A DNA stretch of 64,000 bases from Myxococcota bacterium (GTDB lineage: Bacteria; Myxococcota_A; UBA9160; UBA6930), in contig OZ245002.1 of the NCBI GenBank assembly GCA_965223415.1, positions 384,001 to 448,000 on the forward strand, read 5' to 3'. Of the stretch, positions 18,659 through 28,780 are shown piece after piece. The notes beneath the pieces were generated by a model that did no database searches, was not told the DNA's origin, and was given only the letters and a program-made list of their open reading frames with translations. The position numbers and the translations under genes were made by a program. The number at the start of each line of letters is the position of its first letter. The first letter of the stretch is position 1.

Positions 18659-20896
18659 TCAGCTCCCGCTTCGTGCGAAGTCCACGTAGATCGGGGACGA
18701 CCAGGCCCGCGGCTCGTGCTCGGCCAGGCAGTCCGGGTTCGCGTCGGTCCGGCCGGGACACAGGTCGACCTCGCTGCAGCGGCCCTCGTCGTCGACGCTG
18801 CAGCGCACGTTGCCCGCGTTGATGCCGGGAGCGGGCTCCTCGTAGGCGCGCACGTAGTAGACCGCGTCGCGGGCCGCCCCCGCGAACTCCGCGTCGCTGA
18901 AGGTCACCGCACAGCCGGCGGAACCGGGCTCACATGCGAAGCTCTTCCAAGGGTCGTCGATCAGCGAGCCCACGTCCTCACCCTGCGAAACCTGGGGACG
19001 GATGCGAACGACCTCGATGCGCGTGATCGTTCGCCGCGTCTCGCCTGGGTTGTAGCACTCGCCCTTGCAGATGTGCTCGAGGCGCTCGGGCCCCAGGGCG
19101 CCGGTGGCGTAGTCCGGGCAGCCGGGCTGCTGCTGGAAGGAGCCGACCGCTCGCGCCTGGAAGATGGGCAGCTCGGCCATCTCCACCTCACCGCCCATGG
19201 GCAGCCCGCGCCCGCGGGAGCCCGGCGGGTTCAGCAGGTCGAACCACAGCAGGATGCGCGGCCCGCTCGTACCGTACACCTCCCGCCGCTGCATGGCGTC
19301 CCAGATGGCGCCGCGATCGCGCCCTTCGGCGTGAGCGGCGATCAGGCCGCCGGTGAGGAAGAAGGACATCTGACGCTCGGTCTCGAAGACGTTGAAGCCG
19401 AGCTGGTCCACCTGGATCGCCCGGGACGAGGCCGCCGGCTCCTCGGGCTCCGGAACGAGCATCGAGGCCAGGGGGCCGGCCACCCCGGCCGGCGTGTCGC
19501 CGGCGAGGCCCATGCTCTCGGTCATGCCGCGCCGGTGGACCTCCTTGTAGCCGGTGCCGGGACGTGCGTAGTGGTTGTCGCTCGAGGCCATGAAACCCAT
19601 GCGGAAGCGCCGCGGATCGTTCGGGTCCTCGTCGAAGCCGCCGAGGGCCAGGATGTACTGGGCCGATCCGCCGGGTCGATAGTTGAAGGAGGGCTCGTCG
19701 CAATCCCGGCACTGGCCCGCGTCCAGCCAGTCGGAACCCGAGCTGCCGGGAACCGTTCCCATGATCGCGATGCGGGCAAGGGCGGCGTGCTGGCGGGCGG
19801 TGACCGCGCGCTCCTCGCACCGGGCTTCGCTCGTGCCCTCGGCCAGGCAGCGCTCGCGAATGATCTCACCGGCGCGCCAGCAGGAGGGCAGGTAGCCCTC
19901 GCTGGGCTCGGGGCAGGACAGGCTTCCGTCGTCGGCCACATCGACGGCGCGGAAGTCCCGGTACACCTCGGAATCGCCGTGCCCCGAGTAGATCTCGATC
20001 AGGCGCTGGCGCGCCGGATCGTGCATGTCGCCCTGGAGCTGCTTGTCCCAGGTGGAGCCGGGGGGTGTGTAGAAGCCCCAGGTGGTGCCGTGGGGGATCA
20101 CCAGGGCGTCGCCGCCCCACTCCGCCAGCTTGCGGTAGAGATCGGCGGGCGTCGCCGCGCCCTCCATGCAGTCCGGGGGCAGCTCGCTCGTGTGCACGCC
20201 GGCGGGGCACTCCGGACGGCTCTCGGACTCGGCGAACATCCACACGAGATCGTGCATGCGGCCGCCGAACAGCAGCGCCGCGAGCCCGCGACTGAGCACG
20301 GGTGGGTTACCGAGGCCGCCGCGCAGGGCGGCGATCGGTCGGGGCGGGACCTCGTCGTCTTCGGTGCCAGCCAGGATCACGTTCTTGTGCCCGTAGTGGT
20401 CGTCGGGGGTCGTCCCGACCTGGGTCCACTCCCAGCCGAGAAAGGCGACGGTGTCCCGCTCGTTCCCGACCGCGTTGCACTGGCGAATGCTCTCCACGGT
20501 CTGGCGCCACTCGTCCGGGGTGATGCTGAAGGCGTGGTCGTTGATCGACCAGAAGTCGAGGGCCGAGCAGTAGCGCGCGAAGTCGCAGGCATCCGCCGGC
20601 GGGTGGGCGCCCTCCCCCTGCATCAGCGGGAGCGAGAAGGTGAAGGCGTCGAAGGAGAAGGTGGTGTGGACGTGGAGATCGCCGAAGAGCACCTGCTTGG
20701 GGCGGGCCACGCCGATCTCGTCGGCGGCTCTCTGCACCGCGGCATCCGTCCGACGGACGGTGTCCCGGGGCCGCGGCTCCTCCGTCACGAGACCGGGCTC
20801 CTCCGGGTCTCCGAAGACCCCCCGGCCCGCCAGCCAGACGAGGCCAAAGGCGACGACGCCCAGGGCGACCATCGCCAACACGAAGTTCCGGATCAT
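18659..20896 (-). CDS. DUF3604 domain protein (PHP-like metallohydrolase), copy 1
   Basis: Same motifs as the adjacent paralog: FGDLHVHTTFSFDA, DFWSINDHA, ASSDNH, RAWSSPI. Confidence 0.88.
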   Translation of the reverse strand: MIRNFVLAMVALGVVAFGLVWLAGRGVFGDPEEPGLVTEEPRPRDTVRRTDAAVQRAADEIGVARPKQVLFGDLHVHTTFSFDAFTFSLPLMQGEGAHPPADACDFARYCSALDFWSINDHAFSITPDEWRQTVESIRQCNAVGNERDTVAFLGWEWTQVGTTPDDHYGHKNVILAGTEDDEVPPRPIAALRGGLGNPPVLSRGLAALLFGGRMHDLVWMFAESESRPECPAGVHTSELPPDCMEGAATPADLYRKLAEWGGDALVIPHGTTWGFYTPPGSTWDKQLQGDMHDPARQRLIEIYSGHGDSEVYRDFRAVDVADDGSLSCPEPSEGYLPSCWRAGEIIRERCLAEGTSEARCEERAVTARQHAALARIAIMGTVPGSSGSDWLDAGQCRDCDEPSFNYRPGGSAQYILALGGFDEDPNDPRRFRMGFMASSDNHYARPGTGYKEVHRRGMTESMGLAGDTPAGVAGPLASMLVPEPEEPAASSRAIQVDQLGFNVFETERQMSFFLTGGLIAAHAEGRDRGAIWDAMQRREVYGTSGPRILLWFDLLNPPGSRGRGLPMGGEVEMAELPIFQARAVGSFQQQPGCPDYATGALGPERLEHICKGECYNPGETRRTITRIEVVRIRPQVSQGEDVGSLIDDPWKSFACEPGSAGCAVTFSDAEFAGAARDAVYYVRAYEEPAPGINAGNVRCSVDDEGRCSEVDLCPGRTDANPDCLAEHEPRAWSSPIYVDFARSGS

Positions 20897-20950
20897 GAGG
20901 CCCTCCCGCGCCGAACCGTACCACGACCGTCTGGTCTACACTGCGCGTCC

Positions 20951-21565
20951 ATGATCACGCTCTACACCGCCCAGACCCCGAACGGCCGCAAGATCTCGAT
21001 CGCCCTCGAAGAGCTCGGCCTTGACTACGAAGTGCGCCGGGTCCAGCTGGCGGACGAGGAGCAGAAGCAGGACTGGTTCCTCGAGCTGAACCCGAACCAC
21101 AAGATCCCGGTCCTCGAGGACGACGGTCAGGTCATCTGGGAGAGCGGCGCGATCCTTCTGCACCTGGGCGAGAAGTACGACGGCGACGGGCGCATCCTGC
21201 CGAAGGACCCGAAGCAGCGGATGGAGGCCATCCAGTACGCCTTCTTCCAGACCGGCGGCATCGGCCCGAACCTGGGCCGCCTGGGCGCCGCCCTCCGCAA
21301 GGAGGGCGAGAAGAACCAGGAGATGATCGAGATCTTCGGCGGCGAGGTCGGACGCCTCTGCGGCGTGCTTGACCGCATCCTCTCGGACGGGCGCGACTAC
21401 CTGGCCCGCGACTACTCCATCGGCGACATCATGCACTACCCGTGGCTCGCCATCCCGCTCCAGCTCCAGCTTCCCCAGCTGGTCGAGCACGCGAACGTGG
21501 TGGCCTGGCTGGAACGGATCGCGGCCCGGCCCGCGGTGGGGCGCGGGATGAGCGTCCCCGAGTAG
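20951..21565 (+). CDS. Glutathione S-transferase (YfcG-like)
   Basis: MITLYTAQTPNGRKISI, NPNHKIP, WESGAIL, YSIGDI. Confidence 0.92.
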   Translation: MITLYTAQTPNGRKISIALEELGLDYEVRRVQLADEEQKQDWFLELNPNHKIPVLEDDGQVIWESGAILLHLGEKYDGDGRILPKDPKQRMEAIQYAFFQTGGIGPNLGRLGAALRKEGEKNQEMIEIFGGEVGRLCGVLDRILSDGRDYLARDYSIGDIMHYPWLAIPLQLQLPQLVEHANVVAWLERIAARPAVGRGMSVPE

Positions 21566-21581
21566 GAACCCAGGAGGCAGC

Positions 21582-22700
21582 ATGCTCTCGAAGCTCGACG
21601 ACTACCCGGTCCACCAGACGCCGGAGCCGATCGCCAAGCCGGCCTCGACGGATCGCCACGTCTACGACCGCTACTGGTTCAACGGCTACCAGGACGACGG
21701 CGAGTTCTACTTCGGCATCGGCGCGGCGCTCTACCCGAACTTGGGCATCATGGACTGCGGCCTCTCGATCGTGCGGGACGGCGAGCAGCACGCCTTCCAC
21801 GCCTCGCGGCGCGCGCCGGTCGAGCCGACGGATCTCTCGATCGGCCCCTTCCGGATCGACATCCTCGAGCCGATGAAGAGCCTGCGCGTCACCATCGACG
21901 ACAACGAGACCGGCCTCTCCGGCGAGCTGCTGTGGATCCCGCGCACCGCGAGCATCGAAGAGGGGCGCCAGACCAACATCGGCGAGCGCACGGTGATGGA
22001 CGCCACGCGCTTCAACCAGTTCGGCCACTGGCAGGGCGAGATCCGCTACGACGGCCAGTCCGTCACCATCGACCCGGCCCGGGTCTACGGCACGAAGGAC
22101 CGCTCCTGGGGCATTCGCCCGGTGGGCGACCGCGCACCAATGGGGGCGCCGCCGACCCGCACGCCCCAGGTGTTCTTCCTGTGGGCGCCCCTCCATTGGC
22201 CGGACCGTTGCACCCACATGGGTGTGTTCGAGAACGAGCACGCCGAGGCGTGGCACTGGGACGGCATGATCTGCCCGGTCTACGGCGATCCCGAAGACCT
22301 GCCGGGCGTCGAGGACCCGGGCGTGCGCGTGCTCCGCGCGGTGGAGCACGACCTGCGCTTCATCCCGGGCACCCGGCGCGCCGGCGGCGCGGACATCGCG
22401 CTGGTCGAGCGCGACGGCACCCGGCACGAGATCTCGCTCGACCCGGTGCTCTGCTTCCGGATGAAGGGCATCGGCTACGGCCACCCGGAGTGGGGCCACG
22501 GCATGTGGAAGGGGGAGCTCGCCGTCGGCGGCGAGAGCTGGAAGTGCGCCGACCTCGACGAGATGGCGCTGGACAACCTGCACATCCAGCAGGTGGTGAA
22601 GGCGCGCCAGGGCGGGCAGGAGGGGATCGGCGTGCTCGAGCAGATCCACCTCGGCCCCCACGCCCGCTACGGCTTCAAGGACTTCCTGGATCCGGCCTAG
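21582..22700 (+). CDS. Conserved hypothetical protein (possible AttH-like beta fold)
   Basis: AGGAGG RBS; DDYPVHQTPEP, YDRYWFNG, KDRSWGIRPVG, YGHPEWGHG; typical codon usage. Confidence 0.75.
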   Translation: MLSKLDDYPVHQTPEPIAKPASTDRHVYDRYWFNGYQDDGEFYFGIGAALYPNLGIMDCGLSIVRDGEQHAFHASRRAPVEPTDLSIGPFRIDILEPMKSLRVTIDDNETGLSGELLWIPRTASIEEGRQTNIGERTVMDATRFNQFGHWQGEIRYDGQSVTIDPARVYGTKDRSWGIRPVGDRAPMGAPPTRTPQVFFLWAPLHWPDRCTHMGVFENEHAEAWHWDGMICPVYGDPEDLPGVEDPGVRVLRAVEHDLRFIPGTRRAGGADIALVERDGTRHEISLDPVLCFRMKGIGYGHPEWGHGMWKGELAVGGESWKCADLDEMALDNLHIQQVVKARQGGQEGIGVLEQIHLGPHARYGFKDFLDPA

Positions 22701-22710
22701 AGGAGACGGC

Positions 22711-23460
22711 ATGCAGCGATTCGAGGGCAAGGTCGCGCTGATCACGGGGGCGGCGTCGGGCATCGGCCGCGCGACGGCGGAACGGCTCGCCGGGGAAGGC
22801 GCTTCCCTCTTCCTGTGCGACGTGCAGGCGGAAGGCCTGGAGGCGACCGCCAAGCAGTGCCGCGAGCTCGGCGCCGCGGTCGAAGCCCGGAGCTGTGACG
22901 TCGCCCGCCCCGACGACGTCTCGAGCACGGTCGCGGCCTGCAAGGACCGCTTCGGCGGCATCGACGTGCTGGTGAACGTGGCGGGCGTCCTCAGCCTGGA
23001 GCGCACCGAGCAGGTGGAGCTCGAGACGTGGGAGCGCGTGCTGCGCATCAACCTGACCGGCACGTTCCTGATGTGCCAGACGGCGCTGCCCAGCCTGCTC
23101 GAGCGCAGGGGGAGCATCGTCAACATCTCGTCCACCTCGGCCCTGGCCGGCATGCCCTACGGCGCGGTGTACGGCGCGAGCAAGGGCGGCGTGCTGGCCT
23201 TCACCCGCACGCTGGCCGTCGAGTACGCCAAGCAGGGGCTGCGGGCGAACGCCGTCTGCCCCGGCTCGATCAAGACGCCGATGACGAGCCGCAGCGGCCT
23301 GCCCGAAGAGCCGGACTTCGCCCTGCTCCAGCGCGCCATGGCCCTGGACGAGCCGCGCGGCCCCGAGACCGTGGCCAGCGTGATCGCCATGGTGGCATCC
23401 GACGACGGCGCCCACGTGAACGGCGAGTCGATCCGCGTCGACGGAGGCACCCTCGCCTAG
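22711..23460 (+). CDS. SDR oxidoreductase
   Basis: TGAASGIG, NVAG, YGASK, VDGG. Confidence 0.92.
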   Translation: MQRFEGKVALITGAASGIGRATAERLAGEGASLFLCDVQAEGLEATAKQCRELGAAVEARSCDVARPDDVSSTVAACKDRFGGIDVLVNVAGVLSLERTEQVELETWERVLRINLTGTFLMCQTALPSLLERRGSIVNISSTSALAGMPYGAVYGASKGGVLAFTRTLAVEYAKQGLRANAVCPGSIKTPMTSRSGLPEEPDFALLQRAMALDEPRGPETVASVIAMVASDDGAHVNGESIRVDGGTLA

Positions 23461-23471
23461 AGAGGACCGCC

Positions 23472-23846
23472 ATGGCCCGCAGCACCGCCTACGACCAGTA
23501 CCCGCAGCACATCCTCACCCTGGAGCCCCAGGCTGGCACCGCCCGGGCCGTCTTCGAGGGACGGGTCGTCGCCGAGAGCCGCCGCGCCCTGCGCCTCCTC
23601 GAGGGCAAGTACCCCCCGGTCCTCTACTTCCCTCCGGACGATGTGCAGCAGGACCAGCTGCGGAAGACCGACCACTCGACCCACTGCCCCTTCAAGGGCG
23701 ACGCCAGCTACTGGAGCATCGGCGACGAGCCGGGGCCGGGCGAGAACGCGGTCTGGGGCTATGAGGATCCCTTCGACCAGATGCTCCGCCTCAAGGGCCA
23801 CTTCGCCTTCTATCCCGATCGCGTGCAGTTCGAGGTAGACGACTGA
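23472..23846 (+). CDS. DUF427 (NTP_transf_9) family protein
   Basis: VAESRRAL.LLEG.YPPVLYFP, THCPFKGDASYWS, ENAVWGYE.P. Confidence 0.9.
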   Translation: MARSTAYDQYPQHILTLEPQAGTARAVFEGRVVAESRRALRLLEGKYPPVLYFPPDDVQQDQLRKTDHSTHCPFKGDASYWSIGDEPGPGENAVWGYEDPFDQMLRLKGHFAFYPDRVQFEVDD

Positions 23847-25281
23847 GCGGCTCTCCCTTTCTCCATCGGGGCCTGGTCGAGGGCTACTACGGCCCGCCCA
23901 CCCCCCACGTGGAGCGCCTGGCGTGGCTCGCGCGCCTGGGACGCTGGGGCCTGAACCGCTACGTGGTCGCCGCGAAGGACGACCCCTTCCAACGCGAGCG
24001 CTGGCGGGAGCCCTACCCGGCCGACCAGGCCGCGCGCCTGTGTGAGCTCGTTCGAGCCGGGGAGGCCCACGGCGTCGGCGTCGGCTTCGCCCTCTCGCCG
24101 GGTCTGTCGATCGGCTATGCCGACGCCGGGGACGCCGGGCGCTGGTCACGAAATTCCGCGCCCTTCGAGAACAGGGCGCCCTCTTCCTCTCCCTCCAGCT
24201 CGACGACGTGCCCACCCGGCTCGCCCACGCGACCGATGCCGAGCGCTTCGCGTCGCTCGCCGACGCCCAGGTGGACCTGATGCACGAGCTGGCGGAGGCG
24301 CTCCCCGACGTCTGCTGGTGGCTCGTGCCGACCGAGTACCAGGGCGCCCGGGCGAGCCCCTATCTGGAGACGCTGGGTGCGGGCCTCGACCCGCGCATCG
24401 AGGTGGCCTGGACGGGACCCGGCGTGCTCTCCGCGGAGATCTCCGCCGCGGACGCTCGCGCCCGGGCGGAGACGCTTCGGCGGCCGCTCCTGCTGTGGGA
24501 CAACGTGCCCGTGGCGGACGGCCCGATGCGGGTGCTGCTTCACCAGGGTCCCTACCGCGGGCGCGGGCCCGACCTGACGCCCCATCTCTCCGGCGTGCTC
24601 CTCAACCCGATGGAGCGCCCGCGCGCCTCGGGGCCGGGTGTGCGGACCGCCGCCGAGTGGCTCGCCGATCCGGAAGCCTACGAGCCGGAGCCGAGCTGGC
24701 AGCGTGCCACCGAAGAGATCGGGGCGGGCGCGCCCGCGGCCTATCGCCTGTTCGCGGAGGCCCACCGCTGGTGCGTCGGAGCTCCGGACGATCGGGATCG
24801 GGAGCTCGAGGCGGCCTTCGATCGCCTGCGAGACGCCCCGGAGCGCGCGGCCGAGCGCGCGACCCTGCGCGCCCTCCTCGACGCCCGCCTGGCTGTCGCC
24901 GACGCGCTGCGGAAGGGCCTCGGCGACCGCGCCCTGCTCTCCGAGCTCGACCCGTGGATCGAAGCCCACCACCTGGAAACCCGGCGCATGGCAGTGGCCC
25001 TCGACCTGCTCGACGCGCTGGCCGAGCCCGCCGACGCGATGACCCACTGCCAGGCCTTCATCCGCTTCGAAGGCCGTCTCACCCGGCTGCCGCCGACCCA
25101 CCTGGCCAGCTACGGCCCGCGGCGTGCCTTCGTGCCTCGGCTCGGCTCGATGCGCCACGACGAGGCGCACTTCGAGCCGGGCTCGCTCACCCGGGACCGC
25201 AGCCTCTCCGAAGACGTGGTTCGTTTCGCGGAGGCCCGGGCCTGCCGGAAGCTGGAGGAACCGTGCGCCCCATCCCGATGA
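23843..25281 (+). pseudogene. GH84 beta-N-acetylglucosaminidase / O-GlcNAcase-like, split by one frameshift
   Basis: RGLVEGYYGPP, KDDPFQRERWREPYP, FALSPG in one frame; after a shift at ~24128-24139, LQLDDVP (catalytic DD at 24202-24207), PTEY, WTGP, LWDNVPV.D, LNPM. No ATG; probable CTG start at 23843. Confidence 0.8.
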
Positions 25282-25745
25282 TCCTGCTCGGCGTCGCCCT
25301 GGGCCTCCTCACGGCCTGCGCGTCGCCGGCCGCGTCCCGCATGACCCTGGCCCGCCTGGAGGCCCTGATCACGGAGCTGGCCGTCGACGTGGAGGGTGCG
25401 CCCGGCGGTCGCAGCTTCACCTTCGACGGCGTACGCATGGCGTGCATCTCGGACGTGCCCAACGACCGCATGCGCCTCGTCGCGCCGATCGGTGCGGTGG
25501 GCGAGCTGTCGGCGGAGCAGATCGCCCGCATCCTCGAGGCCAACTTCCACACTGCCCTCGACGCGCGCTACGCGACCAGTCAGGGCGTGCTGTACGCAGC
25601 CTTCGTCCACCCGCTCTCGCCGCTGAACGAATCCCAGGTCCGCTCGGCCCTGCAGCAGACGGCGAACCTCGCGCGGACCTTCGGCACGGCGTACTCCAGC
25701 GGCATCCTGGTCTACGGCGGCGGCACCGGAGAGCCGTCCGACTAG
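25263..25745 (+). CDS. Lipoprotein, YbjN/T3SS-chaperone-like fold
   Basis: Lipobox LTAC; DRMRLVAPI, LEANFHTALDARYA; start either 25263 (GTG) or 25278 (ATG). Confidence 0.65.
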   Translation: MRPIPMILLGVALGLLTACASPAASRMTLARLEALITELAVDVEGAPGGRSFTFDGVRMACISDVPNDRMRLVAPIGAVGELSAEQIARILEANFHTALDARYATSQGVLYAAFVHPLSPLNESQVRSALQQTANLARTFGTAYSSGILVYGGGTGEPSD

Positions 25746-25748
25746 CCC

Positions 25749-26597
25749 ATGGTCGCCGCGCGTCTCCAGGTCGCCTGTGCAGCGCTGCTCTTCTCTACCG
25801 GCGGCGCCGCCATCAAGCTCGCGGAGCTCTCGAGCTGGCAGATCGCCGGCCTCCGCTCGGCGGTGGCGGCAGCCGTGCTGTGGCTCGCACTGCCGGCCTG
25901 GCGGAGCGTCTTCGACCGTCGGGTGCTCGCCGTCGCCTGCGCCTACGGCGCGACCCTGGTGCTCTTCGTCACCGCCAACACGCTCACGACGGCCGCGGCG
26001 GCGATCTTCCTGCAGAGCTCCGCGGCCCTGTACGTACTGCTCATGGCCCCGCGGCTCCTGGGCGAGCCCCGCCAGCGGGGGGACCTCCCGATCGTCGCGG
26101 TGCTCGCCGCCGGCGTGATCCTCCTCTTCGTCGGCTCCGGCACGCCGCTCGCAACGGCCCCGGAGCCGGCCCTCGGCAACTGGGTCGGCGCGGCAAGTGG
26201 CGTGACCTGGGCGGCGACCCTGATGGGGCTGCGTTGGCTCTCTCGAAGGAGCGTTGCCGGCCCAGGTGGCGATCCCACCGGCGCGGCCGTGGTGGCGGGC
26301 AACGCCCTGGCCTTCGCCGCTTGCGCCCCGTTCGCGTTCCCCGTTGCAGCGGCGTCTGTCCTCGACTGGGCGGTCGTGCTCTACCTCGGCGCCTTCCAGA
26401 TCGGCCTCGCCTACGTGTTCATGGTGCGAGGCGTCCGCCAGCTCCGCGCCCTCGAGCTCACCCTGCTCCTCCTGCTCGAGCCCGTCCTGAGCGCCTTGCT
26501 CAGCTGGATCGTGCACGGCGAAGGTCTGTCGCTCCTCGCCCTCGCGGGTGCCGTGGCGATCCTGGGCGGCCTTGCCGCCCAGGGCCTCCGGCGGTAA
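25749..26597 (+). CDS. EamA/DMT family transporter
   Basis: About 10 TM; LFSTGG..IK, LFV.AN.LTTAA.AIFLQ, LLEPVL. Confidence 0.9.
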   Translation: MVAARLQVACAALLFSTGGAAIKLAELSSWQIAGLRSAVAAAVLWLALPAWRSVFDRRVLAVACAYGATLVLFVTANTLTTAAAAIFLQSSAALYVLLMAPRLLGEPRQRGDLPIVAVLAAGVILLFVGSGTPLATAPEPALGNWVGAASGVTWAATLMGLRWLSRRSVAGPGGDPTGAAVVAGNALAFAACAPFAFPVAAASVLDWAVVLYLGAFQIGLAYVFMVRGVRQLRALELTLLLLLEPVLSALLSWIVHGEGLSLLALAGAVAILGGLAAQGLRR

Positions 26598-26626
26598 CGG
26601 GGGCCGCGCAGTACCCTGCCCGGGCC

Positions 26627-27358
26627 ATGCTCCGTCCCGAGGCCGACGGCTACGGCCGCTTGATCCACGACCACCATCGAGGGCTTCAGCGCGCTGAAGT
26701 GATCGAACGCGACGACGGGTGGTTCGGCGTGTCGACCGGCGCACCGGCCTACTTCGCGCCCTTCGCCCAGTGGCCGCCCCACGAGCGCAAGGCGATCCGC
26801 CTGGCGCGGGGGCGCGTGCTCGACGTGGGCTGTGGCGCAGGACGGGTGGCACTGCATCTCGAGCCCCGCGGCCACGAGGTCGTGAGCATCGACCGCTCGC
26901 CGCTGGCGGTGGCGACCTGCCGACGCCGCGGCGTACGGGACGCGCGGGTCCTTCCCTTCACGCGCGTCGGGCCGGCCCTCGGCACCTTCGACACGGTCGT
27001 GATGTTCGGCAACAACTTCGGTCTGTTCGGCAGCCGCGACCGCGGGCGCCGGCTGCTCCTGCGCCTGCACCGCATGACCTCGCCGAACGCGCGCATCCTG
27101 GCGGAGTCGAACGACCCCTACGCGACGAAGGACCCGGATCACAGACGCTACCAGAAGCAGAACCGGGCCCGAGGCCACATGGCGGGACAGCTCCGCATGC
27201 GGGTGCGCTCCGGACGCGCCTGCACCCCCTGGTTCGACTACCTGCTCGTCTCGCCCAGGGAGATGCGCGGCCTCGTGGCCGGAACCGGCTGGCGGGTCGC
27301 GCGCCGCATCGACTCGAAGGGCTCCGTCCACGTCGGCGTGTTGGAGAAGACCGCATGA
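26627..27358 (+). CDS. Class I SAM-dependent methyltransferase
   Basis: VIERDDG, VLDVGCGAGR, FDTVVMFGNNFGL. Confidence 0.88.
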   Translation: MLRPEADGYGRLIHDHHRGLQRAEVIERDDGWFGVSTGAPAYFAPFAQWPPHERKAIRLARGRVLDVGCGAGRVALHLEPRGHEVVSIDRSPLAVATCRRRGVRDARVLPFTRVGPALGTFDTVVMFGNNFGLFGSRDRGRRLLLRLHRMTSPNARILAESNDPYATKDPDHRRYQKQNRARGHMAGQLRMRVRSGRACTPWFDYLLVSPREMRGLVAGTGWRVARRIDSKGSVHVGVLEKTA

Positions 27359-27696
27359 CCGATCCGCGCGAGGTCGTCCGCCGCTACTTCGCCTGCATGC
27401 GGGCCGGCGATCCCGCCGTCGTGGAGCTCTTCCACGAGGATGCCCGGCTCGTGGGCCTGGGCGACGACAAGCGCGGGCGCGAGGCGATCACCGCGTTCTA
27501 CCGCGGCGTGATCGAGCGGGCGGGGCCCTCCCCTGAGCTCGTCGGCGACCTCCTCGGAGACGGCGCCAGAGTCGCGGCGGAGATCCGGATCACGCTGCAG
27601 GACGGAAACGCCATCCACGCCGTCGACCTCTTCGAGATCGACAGCGAGCGCATCCGCCAGCTGACCTACTTCCTGGCGAACGGAGGACGGGGATGA
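27355..27696 (+). CDS. SnoaL-like / NTF2 family protein
   Basis: VVRRYF, LFHEDA, RGREAITAFY, DLFEI; ATGA coupling. Confidence 0.8.
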   Translation: MTDPREVVRRYFACMRAGDPAVVELFHEDARLVGLGDDKRGREAITAFYRGVIERAGPSPELVGDLLGDGARVAAEIRITLQDGNAIHAVDLFEIDSERIRQLTYFLANGGRG

Positions 27697-28094
27697 TCCG
27701 GGACGACGCCTTCCTGACCGGGTGGCACTGCATCGTGGCGGAGAAGGACCTGGTCGCTCTCGAGGCGGTGCTCGCCGAGGACGTGACGATGGGCGCGCCC
27801 CCCTACTGGGAGAAGCTGCGTGGGCGTCCGCTCGTGCACCATCTGCTCGGGCGCATCGTCCACACGATCGAGGACTTCACCTATCACCGCGAGTGGCGTG
27901 ACGATCGCGAGCTCGCCCTCGAGTTCAGGGGGCACGTCGGCGATCTGGAGCTCCAGGGCATCGACCTGATCACCCTGGACCGGAACGACCGCATCGCCAA
28001 CCTGGACGTGCTGATGCGGCCGGTGAACGCGGTGCTGAAGCTGCGCGAGATCATCGCCCCCCAGATGGCCGAGTTCCTCGCCGGAAGGAGCTAG
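27693..28094 (+). CDS. SnoaL-like / NTF2 family protein
   Basis: LAEDV...P, FTYHRE, LEF.G.VGD, GIDLI, VLMRP. Confidence 0.85.
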   Translation: MIRDDAFLTGWHCIVAEKDLVALEAVLAEDVTMGAPPYWEKLRGRPLVHHLLGRIVHTIEDFTYHREWRDDRELALEFRGHVGDLELQGIDLITLDRNDRIANLDVLMRPVNAVLKLREIIAPQMAEFLAGRS

Positions 28095-28780
28095 CCCCGC
28101 GCGCCGATCCGGCGCAGCGCGACAAGGAGCGGCGTCGAGAGCACCAGTGCTCCCGCCGCCGGCGCCAGCACGTGGCCCGTCAGCAGGTGGCGCAGGTCCG
28201 CCATCGGGCAGCTGGCCTGGGCGGCGACGGTGCCGAGGGCCGCAGCGCTGGCGGCTGCCGCCACGACCAGCACCAGGGGCCGGAAGGGAGCCGCACGACC
28301 GGCGAAGGCCACGACGCCGACGGCCGGAAGCACGCCCACCGCCACGGCCACTGCCAGGCAGGTGAGATCGGCGGTCCAGCCGCTGCCCGTCCAGGGCATG
28401 GGGCTCTCGAACAGGAGGACGCTGCCCGCGGCGGCGGCCAGGGCCATGCCAATGCCGGCGGCCAGCACGCCGAGCCGAACCAGGCCCTCCCGACCGGGCA
28501 CGCCGAGCCCCACCGCCGCCACCAGCCCGGCCACGCCGGCCAGCCCCAGGCCTCCGAACACGAAGGCCACGCCGCCCCGGCCGAGCCAGGCTTCGGCCAG
28601 GTCCGGGCGGCTCCCGAGCACCACGACGCCGACTGCCGCGACGAGGCCCCACAGGCCGAGCAGCCCGGCCACGACGAAGCGGAGGGGCGGCAGCGGCTGC
28701 ACCGGCTCGAGATCGCGGGCCAGCTCCCGCACCAGCTCTTCGCTCTCCCGCATGCGGGCGTCCAGACGGTCTTCGCTCAC
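28091..28780 (-). CDS. NrsF/DUF1109-like multi-TM anti-sigma factor
   Basis: LVRELARDLEPV, about 6 TM, conserved Cys (ADLTC; ASCP) and His; coupled to the ECF sigma gene. Confidence 0.8.
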   Translation of the reverse strand: MSEDRLDARMRESEELVRELARDLEPVQPLPPLRFVVAGLLGLWGLVAAVGVVVLGSRPDLAEAWLGRGGVAFVFGGLGLAGVAGLVAAVGLGVPGREGLVRLGVLAAGIGMALAAAAGSVLLFESPMPWTGSGWTADLTCLAVAVAVGVLPAVGVVAFAGRAAPFRPLVLVVAAAASAAALGTVAAQASCPMADLRHLLTGHVLAPAAGALVLSTPLLVALRRIGARG

